64,000 nt of DNA from Candidatus Spongiisociaceae bacterium (GTDB lineage Bacteria > Actinomycetota > Acidimicrobiia > Spongiisociales > Spongiisociaceae): the NCBI GenBank assembly GCA_965262915.1, contig OZ253564.1:4576001-4640000 (forward strand), given 5' to 3'. Position 1 is the first letter of the stretch. Each line of letters begins with the position of its first letter. Below are positions 20,571-30,286 of the stretch, in pieces. Both the position numbers and the translations under genes were made by a program. The notes below the pieces were generated by a model. That model was not told the origin of the DNA. It searched no databases and saw nothing but the letters and a program-made list of their open reading frames with translations.

Positions 20571-20636
20571 TGTATCACTCTACAGGATCCGGTGTATCAC
20601 TCTACAGGATCCGGTGTGTCACTCTACAGGATCCGG
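20571..20636. repeat. 3 x 22-bp tandem repeat upstream of rpmB
   Basis: TGTATCACTCTACAGGATCCGG twice, then TGTGTCACTCTACAGGATCCGG. Confidence 0.95.
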
Positions 20637-20934
20637 CACGGAGCACGAAAACCGCACCGGCAGCGCTCGATGCTCTGACCTTTCGCCTACCCGGATCCTG
20701 GCAAGGTGTGCCACCTTCCACCACCTTCGCCGGCTCGGCAACGAGACATCATCACCGCCCGGGCCGATCCGCACGGTGCGGATCGCGGGGTTTCGATAGC
20801 TCCCCGCTGCAGGACCGGCCGCCAGTCGAATCCTCCGCAGTCCCCGAGTGAAAACATATCCGATGGACAGCCCCGACTTCGGGCAGTCTGCTAGTTTCGT
20901 CGCAGCGTAGGACGACCTTAGGAGACCCGCAACG

Positions 20935-22323
20935 ATGCAACTCGCGCAACGTAGGCGCGCTATCTCCAGGACCGGAATCCTGGCGGTGGCTCTTCTCACC
21001 CTCGGATTGCTCCTCTTCCGACCTCTGGCCGCCAGAGCCGCCGACATGGTCGCAGGCGAAACGCAGTTCATTCTCAACACCTTCGCTTTCCTCATCTGGG
21101 GTGCGTTGGTCATGTGGATGGCCGCCGGATTCACGATGCTGGAGTCAGGCGCGGTTCGCACCAAGAACGCGTCGATGATCTGCCTCAAGAACATCGGTGT
21201 CTACTCCATCGCCGGACTCGCCTACTTCGTTGTCGGATACAACCTCATGTACATCGATGTCGGAAGCGTGATCGGTTCCTTCCAGTTCCTCTACGGAAGC
21301 TCGGCCAGTGAGATCGCCCTGCTCGGCGGGCAGGCGGGCGCAGCGCCCGAGGTGGTCGCTAACGGCTATTCGGTCATGTCGGACTGGTTCTTCCAGATGG
21401 TCTTTGTGGCGACTACCGCCTCGATCGTCTCCGGTGCCATAGCCGAACGCGTCAGGCTGTGGCCGTTCTTACTGTTCACCCTGATCCTGACCGCTTTCAT
21501 CTACCCCATCGTGGGAGCGTGGACGTGGGGCGGCGGCTGGCTCTACGAAATGGGATTCCAGGACTTCGCCGGTTCGACCATCGTGCACAGCACGGGCGGA
21601 TGGGCGGCCCTGGCGGGACTGACCGTGATCGGACCCAGGCTCGGCAAGTTCCGCAAGGACGGGACCGTCAAACCGACTCCCCCCTCCAACGTCCTGATCG
21701 TGACGCTGGGTGTCTTCATCCTCTGGCTGGGCTGGTTCGGGTTCAACGGCGGATCCCAACTCGCCTTGGGAAGCGCCCTCGACGCGGTGGCGATGAGCAA
21801 CATCCTCGTGAACACCAACCTCGCCGCAGCCGCCGGCGTGATAGCCGCCCTCGCCATGTCACGGTCGATCCTGGGACGCATGGATCTCTTTGCCGGCTTG
21901 AACGGCGCCATCGCCGGACTGGTCGCCATAACCGCAGGCCCCGACATCGTCGACCACTGGTGGGCGATCATCATCGGAACGATCGGCGGTATTCTCTGTA
22001 CAGCCGGGATCAAGCTGTTGGAGAAGCTCAAGATCGACGACGTAGTGGGTGCGGTCCCCGCCCACCTGATATGCGGCATCTGGGGGACCCTGGCAGCGAG
22101 CATCGCCGCGGGCGCCAACTTTGGCGTCCAACTACTCGGCGTGGTGTCGGTGGCGGCCTTCGTGTTCACCGTGTCGTACATCGTGTGGCGGCTGATCTCC
22201 ATGACCGTCGGCCTTCGGGTCTCGGCCAAGGCCGAGCGCATGGGCCAGGACTCGGCCGAACTCGGTATCGAGGCCTACCCCGAGTTCGTGCTTATGCCCG
22301 AACAGTTCGGCGAAGAGGACTGA
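20935..22323 (+). CDS. amt: Ammonium transporter
   Basis: FFQMVF, DFAGSTIVHSTGG, WFGFNGGS, DDVVGAVPAH (twin His). Confidence 0.96.
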   Translation: MQLAQRRRAISRTGILAVALLTLGLLLFRPLAARAADMVAGETQFILNTFAFLIWGALVMWMAAGFTMLESGAVRTKNASMICLKNIGVYSIAGLAYFVVGYNLMYIDVGSVIGSFQFLYGSSASEIALLGGQAGAAPEVVANGYSVMSDWFFQMVFVATTASIVSGAIAERVRLWPFLLFTLILTAFIYPIVGAWTWGGGWLYEMGFQDFAGSTIVHSTGGWAALAGLTVIGPRLGKFRKDGTVKPTPPSNVLIVTLGVFILWLGWFGFNGGSQLALGSALDAVAMSNILVNTNLAAAAGVIAALAMSRSILGRMDLFAGLNGAIAGLVAITAGPDIVDHWWAIIIGTIGGILCTAGIKLLEKLKIDDVVGAVPAHLICGIWGTLAASIAAGANFGVQLLGVVSVAAFVFTVSYIVWRLISMTVGLRVSAKAERMGQDSAELGIEAYPEFVLMPEQFGEED

Positions 22324-22347
22324 ACGCGGGAACTCGACGGACCACCG

Positions 22348-22736
22348 TTACATCAACTCGATAGGACACCTAGTGCCCGGTGCTCGAGCGAGTCTCGCAT
22401 CTGTTGTCAACAGACCGCAGCCGAGTGACTCGGCGAGGCCGATGTAGCACGCGTCGTAGGGCGTGACATTGTTGCGCAGCTCCCAAATGCGCCTCAGGGT
22501 CGGAGCAGTCGGATACACGATCAAAGGAAGCGCGAGAAGGTTCGCTACCGCGTCTTCGGCTTGCCGAGCGCTTGTAGCCCCCCTGCTCAGGTGCTTGCGG
22601 AGGACGGACAGAACCTCGACGCGTAGAGGTCGGGAGCAGCGAGCCTCTCTCCTCGCAACCGGCTCCGGTATCGGACACCGTCCCGCCCTCCGTCAGCGAC
22701 CACTGGAGCGATGACCGACGCGTCAACGACCAGCAC
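22348..22736 (-). pseudogene. vapC: VapC/PIN toxin with a 1-bp frameshift
   Basis: MLVVDASV...APDL, shift near 22620, then VEVLSVLR...WELRNNVTPYDACYIGLAE.LGC.LLTTDARL. Confidence 0.88.
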
Positions 22737-22953
22737 GTTCGGATCCGAGCAGCCCTACGGAGTCCTGACCGGACAGGCGTCCCTTGTCTTGGCGCTCGAT
22801 CCGATCGAGTACTTCATTGAGTGTTGGCGTGTCGGCGATCAAAGCGAACTGGGCAAGGAGAAACTGCTGGAGTGACTGGCCCGCCTGCTGGGCTCGGTCG
22901 ACCAGCTTTGCATGAACTGCCCCTGGAACATTACGTACTTGGACATGCGGCAT
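22723..22953 (-). CDS. FitA/VapB-like ribbon-helix-helix antitoxin
   Basis: MPHVQVRNVP..VH..L..RA...GQSLQQFL; overlaps vapC start. Confidence 0.85.
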   Translation of the reverse strand: MPHVQVRNVPGAVHAKLVDRAQQAGQSLQQFLLAQFALIADTPTLNEVLDRIERQDKGRLSGQDSVGLLGSERAGR

Positions 22954-23103
22954 ACATGCACCCGTGGAACGTATCGAATCAGGGAGGCACCGCGGAGTCC
23001 AAAGAGTCTGAGCCCCCCTCGGGCCTTGATATCGCGGCAGTGCTCTGTGGGCTGCGCCCTTTGCAAGAAGAAGAAGAACACGAAACGCCGCCGGAAGGAC
23101 CGT

Positions 23104-24081
23104 CTACGGAATCAGAACCACCTTGCCGGTTACCTTGCGGGCGGCGATCGTCGAGAGGGCTTCGACGGCCGATTCCAGGGGGAAGCGGGCGGAGATGCGG
23201 GGTTCAATGGTCCCATCGGCGGTCCAGTCCAGGAGCCGGGTGAAGTTGGCGCGGTTGCCCTCCGGGCTGCGGTCGGCGAAGTCGCCCCAGAACACTCCCA
23301 CGATCGAGCAGCCCTTGAGGAGGGGGAGGTTCATCGGGGCCTTGGGGATCCGTCCCGAGGTGAAACCGACCACCAGGATGCGGCCCTCCCAGTTGATGCA
23401 GCGCAGGCATTCGAGGAAGGTGTCGCCGCCCACCGGGTCGTAGATGACGTCGGCCCCCACCCCGCCGGTGAGCTCCTTGGTCCGCTCCTTGAGGGACTCG
23501 ACCGTGTAGTTGATGGTCTCGTCGGCGCCGAGGTCGGTCGCCACCTCGGCCTTGGCCTCCGAACTGACCGCGGCGATGACCCGTGCGCCAAGAGCCTTGC
23601 CTATCTGGATACCCGCCGAACCCACGCCTCCCGAAGCGCCGGTGATCAGGAGGTTCTCGCCCGGTGCCAGGCGGGCCCGGTCGACCAGGGCGTGGTAGCC
23701 GGTGCCGTAGGTCAGGGCGATGCACGCGCCCTGCTCCATCGTGACCTCATCCGGGAGGGCAAAGACCTTCCCGGCCGGGACCGCGAACTGCTCGGCCATG
23801 GCTCCACTGAGCAGGTTGAAACCGAGTACCCGGTCACCCACGGTCACATGGCCGACCTCCTCGCCCACCGCCAGCACCCGGCCGGCCGCCTCGGCGCCGG
23901 GAACGAAGGGCAACTGGGGCCGGTGCTGGTAGAGGCCCCCGATCATCAGGATGTCGGGAAAGTTCAGACCGACCGCTTCCACCCCGATCAACACTTCGCC
24001 CGGTCCCGGTACGGGAGGGTCTGTATCCTCGTAACGCAGTCCCTCGAACGGTCCGAACTCGTAGACCATGTGGGCCTTCAT
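23104..24081 (-). CDS. NADPH:quinone oxidoreductase (MDR family)
   Basis: LNFPD, PFVPGAE, GASGGVG, YDPVGG. Confidence 0.9.
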   Translation of the reverse strand: MKAHMVYEFGPFEGLRYEDTDPPVPGPGEVLIGVEAVGLNFPDILMIGGLYQHRPQLPFVPGAEAAGRVLAVGEEVGHVTVGDRVLGFNLLSGAMAEQFAVPAGKVFALPDEVTMEQGACIALTYGTGYHALVDRARLAPGENLLITGASGGVGSAGIQIGKALGARVIAAVSSEAKAEVATDLGADETINYTVESLKERTKELTGGVGADVIYDPVGGDTFLECLRCINWEGRILVVGFTSGRIPKAPMNLPLLKGCSIVGVFWGDFADRSPEGNRANFTRLLDWTADGTIEPRISARFPLESAVEALSTIAARKVTGKVVLIP

Positions 24082-24120
24082 GTCTTCTCCTCCGTCGTCG
24101 CCGGTACCTGCTTCCGCCGC

Positions 24121-25272
24121 TCAGTACAGGAACATCGGCTTCCCGGCCAGAGCCCGGATCCGGGGTCGGTAGTTCTCGGCATCGTAGAAGGCGTCCACGT
24201 CCACCCTTCGCGCCCCTTCGGCCAGCACGGAGAGGTGTCGGGTGGTGTATACGCCTCCCTGCAGAGCGACCATGTGCCCGCTGACCCCGGAGAGGACCAT
24301 CTCGGCCGCCATGGTTCCGAAGTTGAATCCGACCATCAGATCGAGGACATCCGGGGGCCCGCTTCGCATCAGGTAGGCCACCCGCTGGTTCATGATGCCG
24401 ATCCCGGTCATCCTCTTGATCAGGCTTCCGGTGATCTCGCCGATACCGCCCAGCTTGCGGTGGCCGTACGCATCGGCCTCACCCCCCTCGATGCGGTCGC
24501 CCCCGATGAGGGAAGCCCCTTCGGAGACCACGACGACCGCGTAACGGCTGGGATTGGCCCGGCGGTCGGCCGTCACCATCGCAACCAGGCGTTCGATGTC
24601 GAACGGGACCTCCGCGATGAGGGTACGGTCCGCCGACGCCAGGTATCCGGCCGCCAGGCTGGTCGCTCCCGAGTAGCGCCCGAACAGCTCCACCACGGCC
24701 ACTCGTTCGTGGCTGCCCACCGCGCTGCGGAGATTGTTGACGAACCCCACCGAGCGGGTGACCGCAGTCGAGAATCCGACGCAGTAGTCGGTTCCTGGAA
24801 CATCGTTGTCCATGGTCTTGGGTATGGCCACCACCGGTACGCCTTCGTCGTGCATCCGCAGGGCATAGGAAAGGGTGTCGTCACCGCCTATCGCCACGAG
24901 GGCATCGAGACCGAGATGCTCGATCACGCGCAGCGCGTGGGCGGTCAGGTCGTAGGGAGGCCCGGACTCCGGAGGGGCGAGGAAGGGAGGTACGGCCCGT
25001 TCTGCCACGCGTCCGGGATTGGTACGGCTGCTGTGGAGGATCGTCCCGCCGGTCCGGTCGATGGTCCGGACCGCCAGGCGGTCGAGATCCATGGTGTGAG
25101 CGGCCACCGTACCGTCGTCCTCGGGATCGATGTTGAGGACCGCACCCCATCCGCGACGCAGTCCCAGAACGGAATGCCCGGCCTCCCCCACTCGGTTCAC
25201 GAAAGCCTTGATGACCGGATTGAGCCCCGGAACGTCGCCTCCTCCGGTCAGGATCCCTATACGCACCTGCAT
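24121..25272 (-). CDS. pfkA: 6-phosphofructokinase, probably PPi-dependent
   Basis: TGGGDVPGLN, GGDDT, PKTMDND, ELFGR. Confidence 0.9.
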   Translation of the reverse strand: MQVRIGILTGGGDVPGLNPVIKAFVNRVGEAGHSVLGLRRGWGAVLNIDPEDDGTVAAHTMDLDRLAVRTIDRTGGTILHSSRTNPGRVAERAVPPFLAPPESGPPYDLTAHALRVIEHLGLDALVAIGGDDTLSYALRMHDEGVPVVAIPKTMDNDVPGTDYCVGFSTAVTRSVGFVNNLRSAVGSHERVAVVELFGRYSGATSLAAGYLASADRTLIAEVPFDIERLVAMVTADRRANPSRYAVVVVSEGASLIGGDRIEGGEADAYGHRKLGGIGEITGSLIKRMTGIGIMNQRVAYLMRSGPPDVLDLMVGFNFGTMAAEMVLSGVSGHMVALQGGVYTTRHLSVLAEGARRVDVDAFYDAENYRPRIRALAGKPMFLY

Positions 25273-25405
25273 GCCTCCATACATCGGTGTCCGGTCGGCG
25301 ATGGTCCCGGCAACAGCGGAACCCGCCGACCCGCCACATCTGATCGTCCTGATCGGAACGCTACCCGATGGGAACGCAGGTCCGGCACCTGGCTACGCTG
25401 TCCCG

Positions 25406-25813
25406 GTGAAGCTCCTCAACCTCGACCATGTGGCTATCGCCGTCCACGACCTCGACCGGGCCGTCGAGGACTACCGCCGCCGGTACCGGGTGTCGCCGAT
25501 GTACCGGGAGGTGGTCGAGGAACAGGGAGTCGAGGAGGCCATGCTCCCTGTCGGCGGGTCCTTCGTCCAACTGCTGGCCGCGCTCCACCCCGACACTCCG
25601 GTGGGCAGGTTCCTCCGCCGGCGGGGCGAGGGGCTCCATCACGTCGCCTACGCAGTTGTGGACATAGAGGCGGCCCTCGCCCACCTGGCGTCGGAGGGCG
25701 CCCGCCTCGTGGACGAGACGCCCCGATCCGGCGGGCGGGGCACCCGGATCGCCTTCGTACATCCGAAAGGTGGAAACCAAACTCTCGTCGAACTGGTCGA
25801 ATACTCGTCATGA
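25406..25813 (+). CDS. mce: Methylmalonyl-CoA epimerase
   Basis: DHVAIAV, GEGLHHVAY.V, IAFVHPK...LVELVE. Confidence 0.9.
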   Translation: MKLLNLDHVAIAVHDLDRAVEDYRRRYRVSPMYREVVEEQGVEEAMLPVGGSFVQLLAALHPDTPVGRFLRRRGEGLHHVAYAVVDIEAALAHLASEGARLVDETPRSGGRGTRIAFVHPKGGNQTLVELVEYSS

Positions 25814-26079
25814 ACAATGGGCAGACCGGCAATTCCGGAATTCGGTTTCACATAGCCGGCGGCGCCGGACCCTACCAGGCAGCGGCGGTCGCGGCCGTGG
25901 TCGAGCATACGCTCGCGGAGGAGAGGCGGGTCGCGTCCCCACCTCCGCGGCGTTTCTCCAACTGGATGATGGTGGCTCGCAGCGAACCGTTCGTCCCACC
26001 CCGGACCATCTCCAACGGGTCCCTCAACGGCGCCCTACCATGGAGCGTACCTCGGGTGAACCGGCCAGCCAGGTTGTAG
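25810..26079 (+). CDS. Small protein, possibly acyl-CoA carboxylase epsilon-like
   Basis: ATGA overlap with mce; AAAVAAVV...W...AR pattern. Confidence 0.45.
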   Translation: MNNGQTGNSGIRFHIAGGAGPYQAAAVAAVVEHTLAEERRVASPPPRRFSNWMMVARSEPFVPPRTISNGSLNGALPWSVPRVNRPARL

Positions 26080-27583
26080 CCAGGTAGACCACCGCCACCA
26101 CCCCCAAGCCGACCAGGGTCGCTACCACGCCCGTACCGAAACCGGGAATCCGCCCTCCCGTGACCGCATCAGCAGCCAGCCGGCCCAGGACGGCGGCGAC
26201 CACCGTGCCGGCCGAGATCCGCAGGACGGTCCGCAGCATCCCTTCGAGTCCCCGGGACGTGTGGAACCGTCTCCACAGCAGACCGAGAGTGAGCGCGTGT
26301 CCGGTGAGGGCGACCGAACTGGCCACGGCCACGCCCGGTACTCCGCCGATCCGGAACCCGAGGAAGAACAGAGGGATCGCGGGCACCGTCCAGGCCGTGC
26401 CGGCGATCACCGGAATCCACATCTGGCGGTGGGCGTAGAAGCAGCGGCCGAAGATCTGGTGGACACCCCAGGCCGGAATGCTCAGCGAATATCCCACCAA
26501 CGCCGCCGCGGTGAGCACCGTTCCCGCCTCGCTGAACCGGCCATGCTGGAAGGCAACCCGGATGGCGGGCTGGCTGACCGCGATCACCCCGGCGACCGCC
26601 GCTCCGCCGGCGAACATCACCATGCGGACCGTGCGACCCATCGATGTCAACATCTCGGTCCGGCGGCCTTCCGCCACTAGGCGGGCCAGGTAGGGATACG
26701 CCGCCACGCCCGCCGCCTGGGCGATCACCCCCACCGGGAGCATGTTGACACGGCGGGCCAGGTTGAGGCTGAAGATCGACCCGTCGGAGGCCGCGGCCGC
26801 CACCACCTTCCCGATCGACTCGTCGAGGACGACTATGGACTGGCCGATCATCAACGGAACTGCCAGACCCAGGTATTCGCGGAAGGCGGGGTGGCGGAAG
26901 TCGGGAAGCCCAGGGGTCACCCGCAAACCCGTGCGGCGAGCACCCCACCACTGGAGAGCCAGGTTGCCGACCAGGCCGCCCCCTACCGCGCCGAGGACGA
27001 ACCCGGAGGCCGACCCTCCTCCCGACCACGTACCCGCCAGCCCACCGGCGATGATGCCGGCGTTGTAGATGATCGGCGCCAGCGTGGGCACGACGAACCG
27101 TCCATGGGCGTACTGCACGGCCATGAACAACCCGCCGATCACGAAGAACACCTGGGCGGGCAGCACCAACCTGGTCAGCCGGGTCACCTCGGCCAGTTGG
27201 GCGGGATCGAGCCGGTCCCCCGAACCGAAGAGCCACTCGACTATCACCCCGGCGGCGGCGATCGCCACACCCGTCAGGACGACAACCAGCACCGCCACAG
27301 ACCGGAACACGGCGTTGAAGGCCGCTTGGGCACCGTCGTGGTCACCGGCTACGCGGTAGCGGCTCAGGATCGGGATGAAGGTGATGGCCAGGAAACCTCC
27401 GGCCAGCAGGTAGTTGAGGAAGTCGGGCACGATGAAGGCCGCCTCGTAGGCATCGGCCACGGGAGAGTCGCCCAGCCGGTTGGCCAGTACCACGTTGCGG
27501 GCGAAACCGAGTATCCGGGACAGGAGGATCCCGACCGCCACCACCGAGGCCGCCCGGGCGATACCGCCGGTAGCCGCCATCAT
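26024..27583 (-). CDS. murJ: Lipid II flippase MurJ
   Basis: LSRILGFAR, ADAY.AAF..P, FIP; about 14 TM segments. Confidence 0.92.
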   Translation of the reverse strand: MMAATGGIARAASVVAVGILLSRILGFARNVVLANRLGDSPVADAYEAAFIVPDFLNYLLAGGFLAITFIPILSRYRVAGDHDGAQAAFNAVFRSVAVLVVVLTGVAIAAAGVIVEWLFGSGDRLDPAQLAEVTRLTRLVLPAQVFFVIGGLFMAVQYAHGRFVVPTLAPIIYNAGIIAGGLAGTWSGGGSASGFVLGAVGGGLVGNLALQWWGARRTGLRVTPGLPDFRHPAFREYLGLAVPLMIGQSIVVLDESIGKVVAAAASDGSIFSLNLARRVNMLPVGVIAQAAGVAAYPYLARLVAEGRRTEMLTSMGRTVRMVMFAGGAAVAGVIAVSQPAIRVAFQHGRFSEAGTVLTAAALVGYSLSIPAWGVHQIFGRCFYAHRQMWIPVIAGTAWTVPAIPLFFLGFRIGGVPGVAVASSVALTGHALTLGLLWRRFHTSRGLEGMLRTVLRISAGTVVAAVLGRLAADAVTGGRIPGFGTGVVATLVGLGVVAVVYLATTWLAGSPEVRSMVGRR

Positions 27584-28422
27584 CGGATCCTGTCCCGCAG
27601 GTCCTCCAGCACCCGGTCGGGGACCACCAGATCACCCCGACCGACGCCCACCCGGAGACCCGGCTTGTAGTCCCCGTGGTAGTCCGAACCGCCCGACGGG
27701 AGGAGCCCGAAGGACCGTACCGACCTCTCCAGGTCCCGCCGGGTCACGGGATCGTACTCCCCGTAGAAGCACTCCACCCCGACCAGGCCCATGCCCGCCA
27801 GCCGGCGGTAGAGCGCGGCATACTCGGAGGCGGTGTCGAGGCCGAGCGTGTGCGGATGGGCCACGATCGGCACGCCTCCGGATCGGCGGGCCAGACCTAT
27901 GGCCTCCCGGGGGGGAAGCAACGGCCGGGTCATGTAAGCGGGGCCCCCGGCACCCAGATACTTCCGGAAGGCGGTGTTGATATCCGGTACGTACCCTTTC
28001 CTCATCATGACGGCCGCAAAGTGCGGTCGCCCGACGCTGCCACCCCCGGACTCCTCCAGCACCTCGCGATAGTCGATGCCATAGCCGAGTTCGCTGAGCC
28101 GCTCGGCCATGCCCCGGTTCCTGCGGTGCCGCCCGTCACGGAGTTCTTCCAATCGATCTTGGAGAGGTCCCCGACCCGGCTCGATGAACAGGACCACGAT
28201 GTGCAGACCGCCCCGCTCCCACTCGCAGGACAGTTCGACACCAGGGACCAGCTCGATCCCGTGTAGCTCGGCCTCTCCCCGAGCCTCCTCCACGCCCCCC
28301 AGCGTGTCGTGGTCGGTCAGGGCGACGGCCGAGAGCCCCGCTCGGGCGGCCAGCCTGATCACCTCCGACGGGCGTTCGCTTCCATCGGAGGCGTTGGAGT
28401 GGACATGGAGATCGACGGGCAT
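27580..28422 (-). CDS. PHP domain phosphoesterase (TrpH/YciV-like)
   Basis: DLHVHSNASDG, LTDHD, GRPH, GGSDYHG. Confidence 0.92.
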   Translation of the reverse strand: MPVDLHVHSNASDGSERPSEVIRLAARAGLSAVALTDHDTLGGVEEARGEAELHGIELVPGVELSCEWERGGLHIVVLFIEPGRGPLQDRLEELRDGRHRRNRGMAERLSELGYGIDYREVLEESGGGSVGRPHFAAVMMRKGYVPDINTAFRKYLGAGGPAYMTRPLLPPREAIGLARRSGGVPIVAHPHTLGLDTASEYAALYRRLAGMGLVGVECFYGEYDPVTRRDLERSVRSFGLLPSGGSDYHGDYKPGLRVGVGRGDLVVPDRVLEDLRDRIR

Positions 28423-28576
28423 CCGCTCGGGAGGCTAGGTGAGTACCCGGCAATCCACCAGCGGCCCGTCGCTCAACCATGGAATGCCTGGGTCAGCGAG
28501 CGACGGCCATAGCAATCGTCATTGCTCAGCCTTCTGCTAACCGGGAGAACCGAGGTTACGAGGGCAGGGAAACCGT

Positions 28577-28828
28577 TCAGCCGTCCGGCGACGGGTCGAC
28601 CGTCGTCGTGTCGGTCACGACCGGCTGCGGCGGTTCGGTTACCTGATCGCCGGCCCCGTTGTTGCTCGTGGCCAGGTTCCCGATCAGGAATATCACCACC
28701 ACCACGACCGCGATCACCAGCCCCGTGACTATGCGGCGACGCCACTTGGCGCGGCTAGCCTCACGCCGCTCGGCCTGGAGTCGGGCCTGGCGGTTCTGCT
28801 TCTGGCGGGCCCTCTTCTCGCTCCCCAT
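28577..28828 (-). CDS. Small membrane-anchored hypothetical protein
   Basis: Basic N-terminus, one TM helix, Pro/Thr-rich tail. Confidence 0.6.
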   Translation of the reverse strand: MGSEKRARQKQNRQARLQAERREASRAKWRRRIVTGLVIAVVVVVIFLIGNLATSNNGAGDQVTEPPQPVVTDTTTVDPSPDG

Positions 28829-28843
28829 ACCGGACCAGTCTAG

Positions 28844-29013
28844 AAGGGTGCCGAACAATCCACTGCGGGGATCGTCAGGCGATCCGGAATACCTGGTCAG
28901 CGGGCAGGAGGTCTGCAGCAAACGTCGTTGCCGGCGTTCTCCTGGGAGACGGCCACGTGGTGAGGCGCTGCCAACCATTGCAGCCGCTAGCCAATAGACT
29001 GTTCACAACCCTC
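28844..29013. mobile_element. Degenerate MITE-like element, AGGGTG-end group
   Basis: CTAG-AAGGGTGCCGAACAATC ... GACTGTTCACAACCCT-CCAG. Confidence 0.45.
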
Positions 29014-29047
29014 CAGACATCGAACCCCTCCCCAGGATCTGCTTCTC

Positions 29048-30286
29048 ATGCCTCTGGTCGTCCAAAAGTACGGCGGCACGTCGGTAGCTAACCCCGACCG
29101 CATCAGACACGTCTCCCGACGGGTGGCCCGGACGCGGCTCGCCGGCAACGAGGTGATCGTGGTGGTGTCCGCAATGGGCGACTCCACCGACGAACTGATA
29201 CGGCTCGCCCACCGCGTCAACTCGGATCCTCCCGCGCGGGAGATGGACATGCTGCTCACGGCAGGGGAACGGATCTCGATGGCCCTGCTAGCCATGGCTC
29301 TCGACAGCGAAGGGACCCCGGCGCTCAGCCTCACGGGTTCCCAGGCCGGTATCCTGACCGACGCGGTGCACGGGGAGGCGAAGATCACCGAGATCCGCGG
29401 CACCCGGGTCCGGAACGGTCTGGACACCGGCAAGGTGGTGATCGTGGCCGGCTTCCAAGGGGTGGATCCGGATTCCAAGGAGGTGACCACCCTGGGACGG
29501 GGCGGTTCCGACGCCACCGCAGTGGCCCTCGCCTCCGCCCACGGCGCCGACGCGTGCGAGATATACACCGATGTGAGGGGCGTCTACACAGCCGACCCCA
29601 GAGTGGTGCCCGAAGCGCGCAAACTGGACGAGGTGTCCTTCGACGAGATGCTCGAGCTGGCGGCAGGAGGCGCTGGGGTATTGATGGCCCGCTCCGTGGA
29701 GGTGGGCCGGAGGTTCAACGTACCGATCCACGTCCGTTCGTCGTTCGTGGAGGACGAGGGCACCTGGGTCAAGGAGAGGACCATGGAAGAGGCGATCATC
29801 AGCGGTATCGCACACGACACGTCGGAAGCCAAAGTGACCATCTGGGGCGTTCCCGACCGTCCGGGCGTGGCGGCCGCCCTCTTCGAAACCCTGGCCGCGG
29901 CGCGGGTCAACGTCGACATGATCGTGCAGAACGTCGGGGAGGACGCCAGCACAGACATCAGCTTCACCGTCCCGGAGTCCCACGCCGAGGCCGCCCGCAG
30001 GGCCACTCTTCCGCTCGTCGGCGAGCTGGGGGCCCATGGCCTTGGCGTGGATTCGGACATCGCCAAGGTATCGCTGGTGGGAGCCGGCATGAAGTCCAGT
30101 CCGGGCGTGGCGGCACGCGTGTTTCGCGCCCTCGCCGACGCCCGCATCAACATCGAGATGATCTCCACCTCTCCCATCCGTATCTCCTGCGTCGTCCGGC
30201 GGCAGAGCGTGGAGGAGGCGGTCCTGGCGCTCCACACCGAGTTCGACCCTCCGGTGATCACCGCGGAGGTGGGCGCAGATGCGTGA
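29048..30286 (+). CDS. ask: Aspartate kinase (alpha; nested beta start at 29783)
   Basis: VQKYGGTSV, TTLGRGGSD, two ACT domains. Confidence 0.97.
   Translation: MPLVVQKYGGTSVANPDRIRHVSRRVARTRLAGNEVIVVVSAMGDSTDELIRLAHRVNSDPPAREMDMLLTAGERISMALLAMALDSEGTPALSLTGSQAGILTDAVHGEAKITEIRGTRVRNGLDTGKVVIVAGFQGVDPDSKEVTTLGRGGSDATAVALASAHGADACEIYTDVRGVYTADPRVVPEARKLDEVSFDEMLELAAGGAGVLMARSVEVGRRFNVPIHVRSSFVEDEGTWVKERTMEEAIISGIAHDTSEAKVTIWGVPDRPGVAAALFETLAAARVNVDMIVQNVGEDASTDISFTVPESHAEAARRATLPLVGELGAHGLGVDSDIAKVSLVGAGMKSSPGVAARVFRALADARINIEMISTSPIRISCVVRRQSVEEAVLALHTEFDPPVITAEVGADA

Noticed and set aside
20571-20636. Mini-CRISPR or plasmid iterons
   Set aside because: No spacers between units and no cas or rep gene
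22912-26079. 1055-aa + strand ORF and similar long ORFs (2588-4471, 37739-39118, 53169-54743)
   Set aside because: Antisense shadows of well-supported genes in high-GC DNA; only the last 89 codons (25810-26079) of the 1055-aa ORF look real
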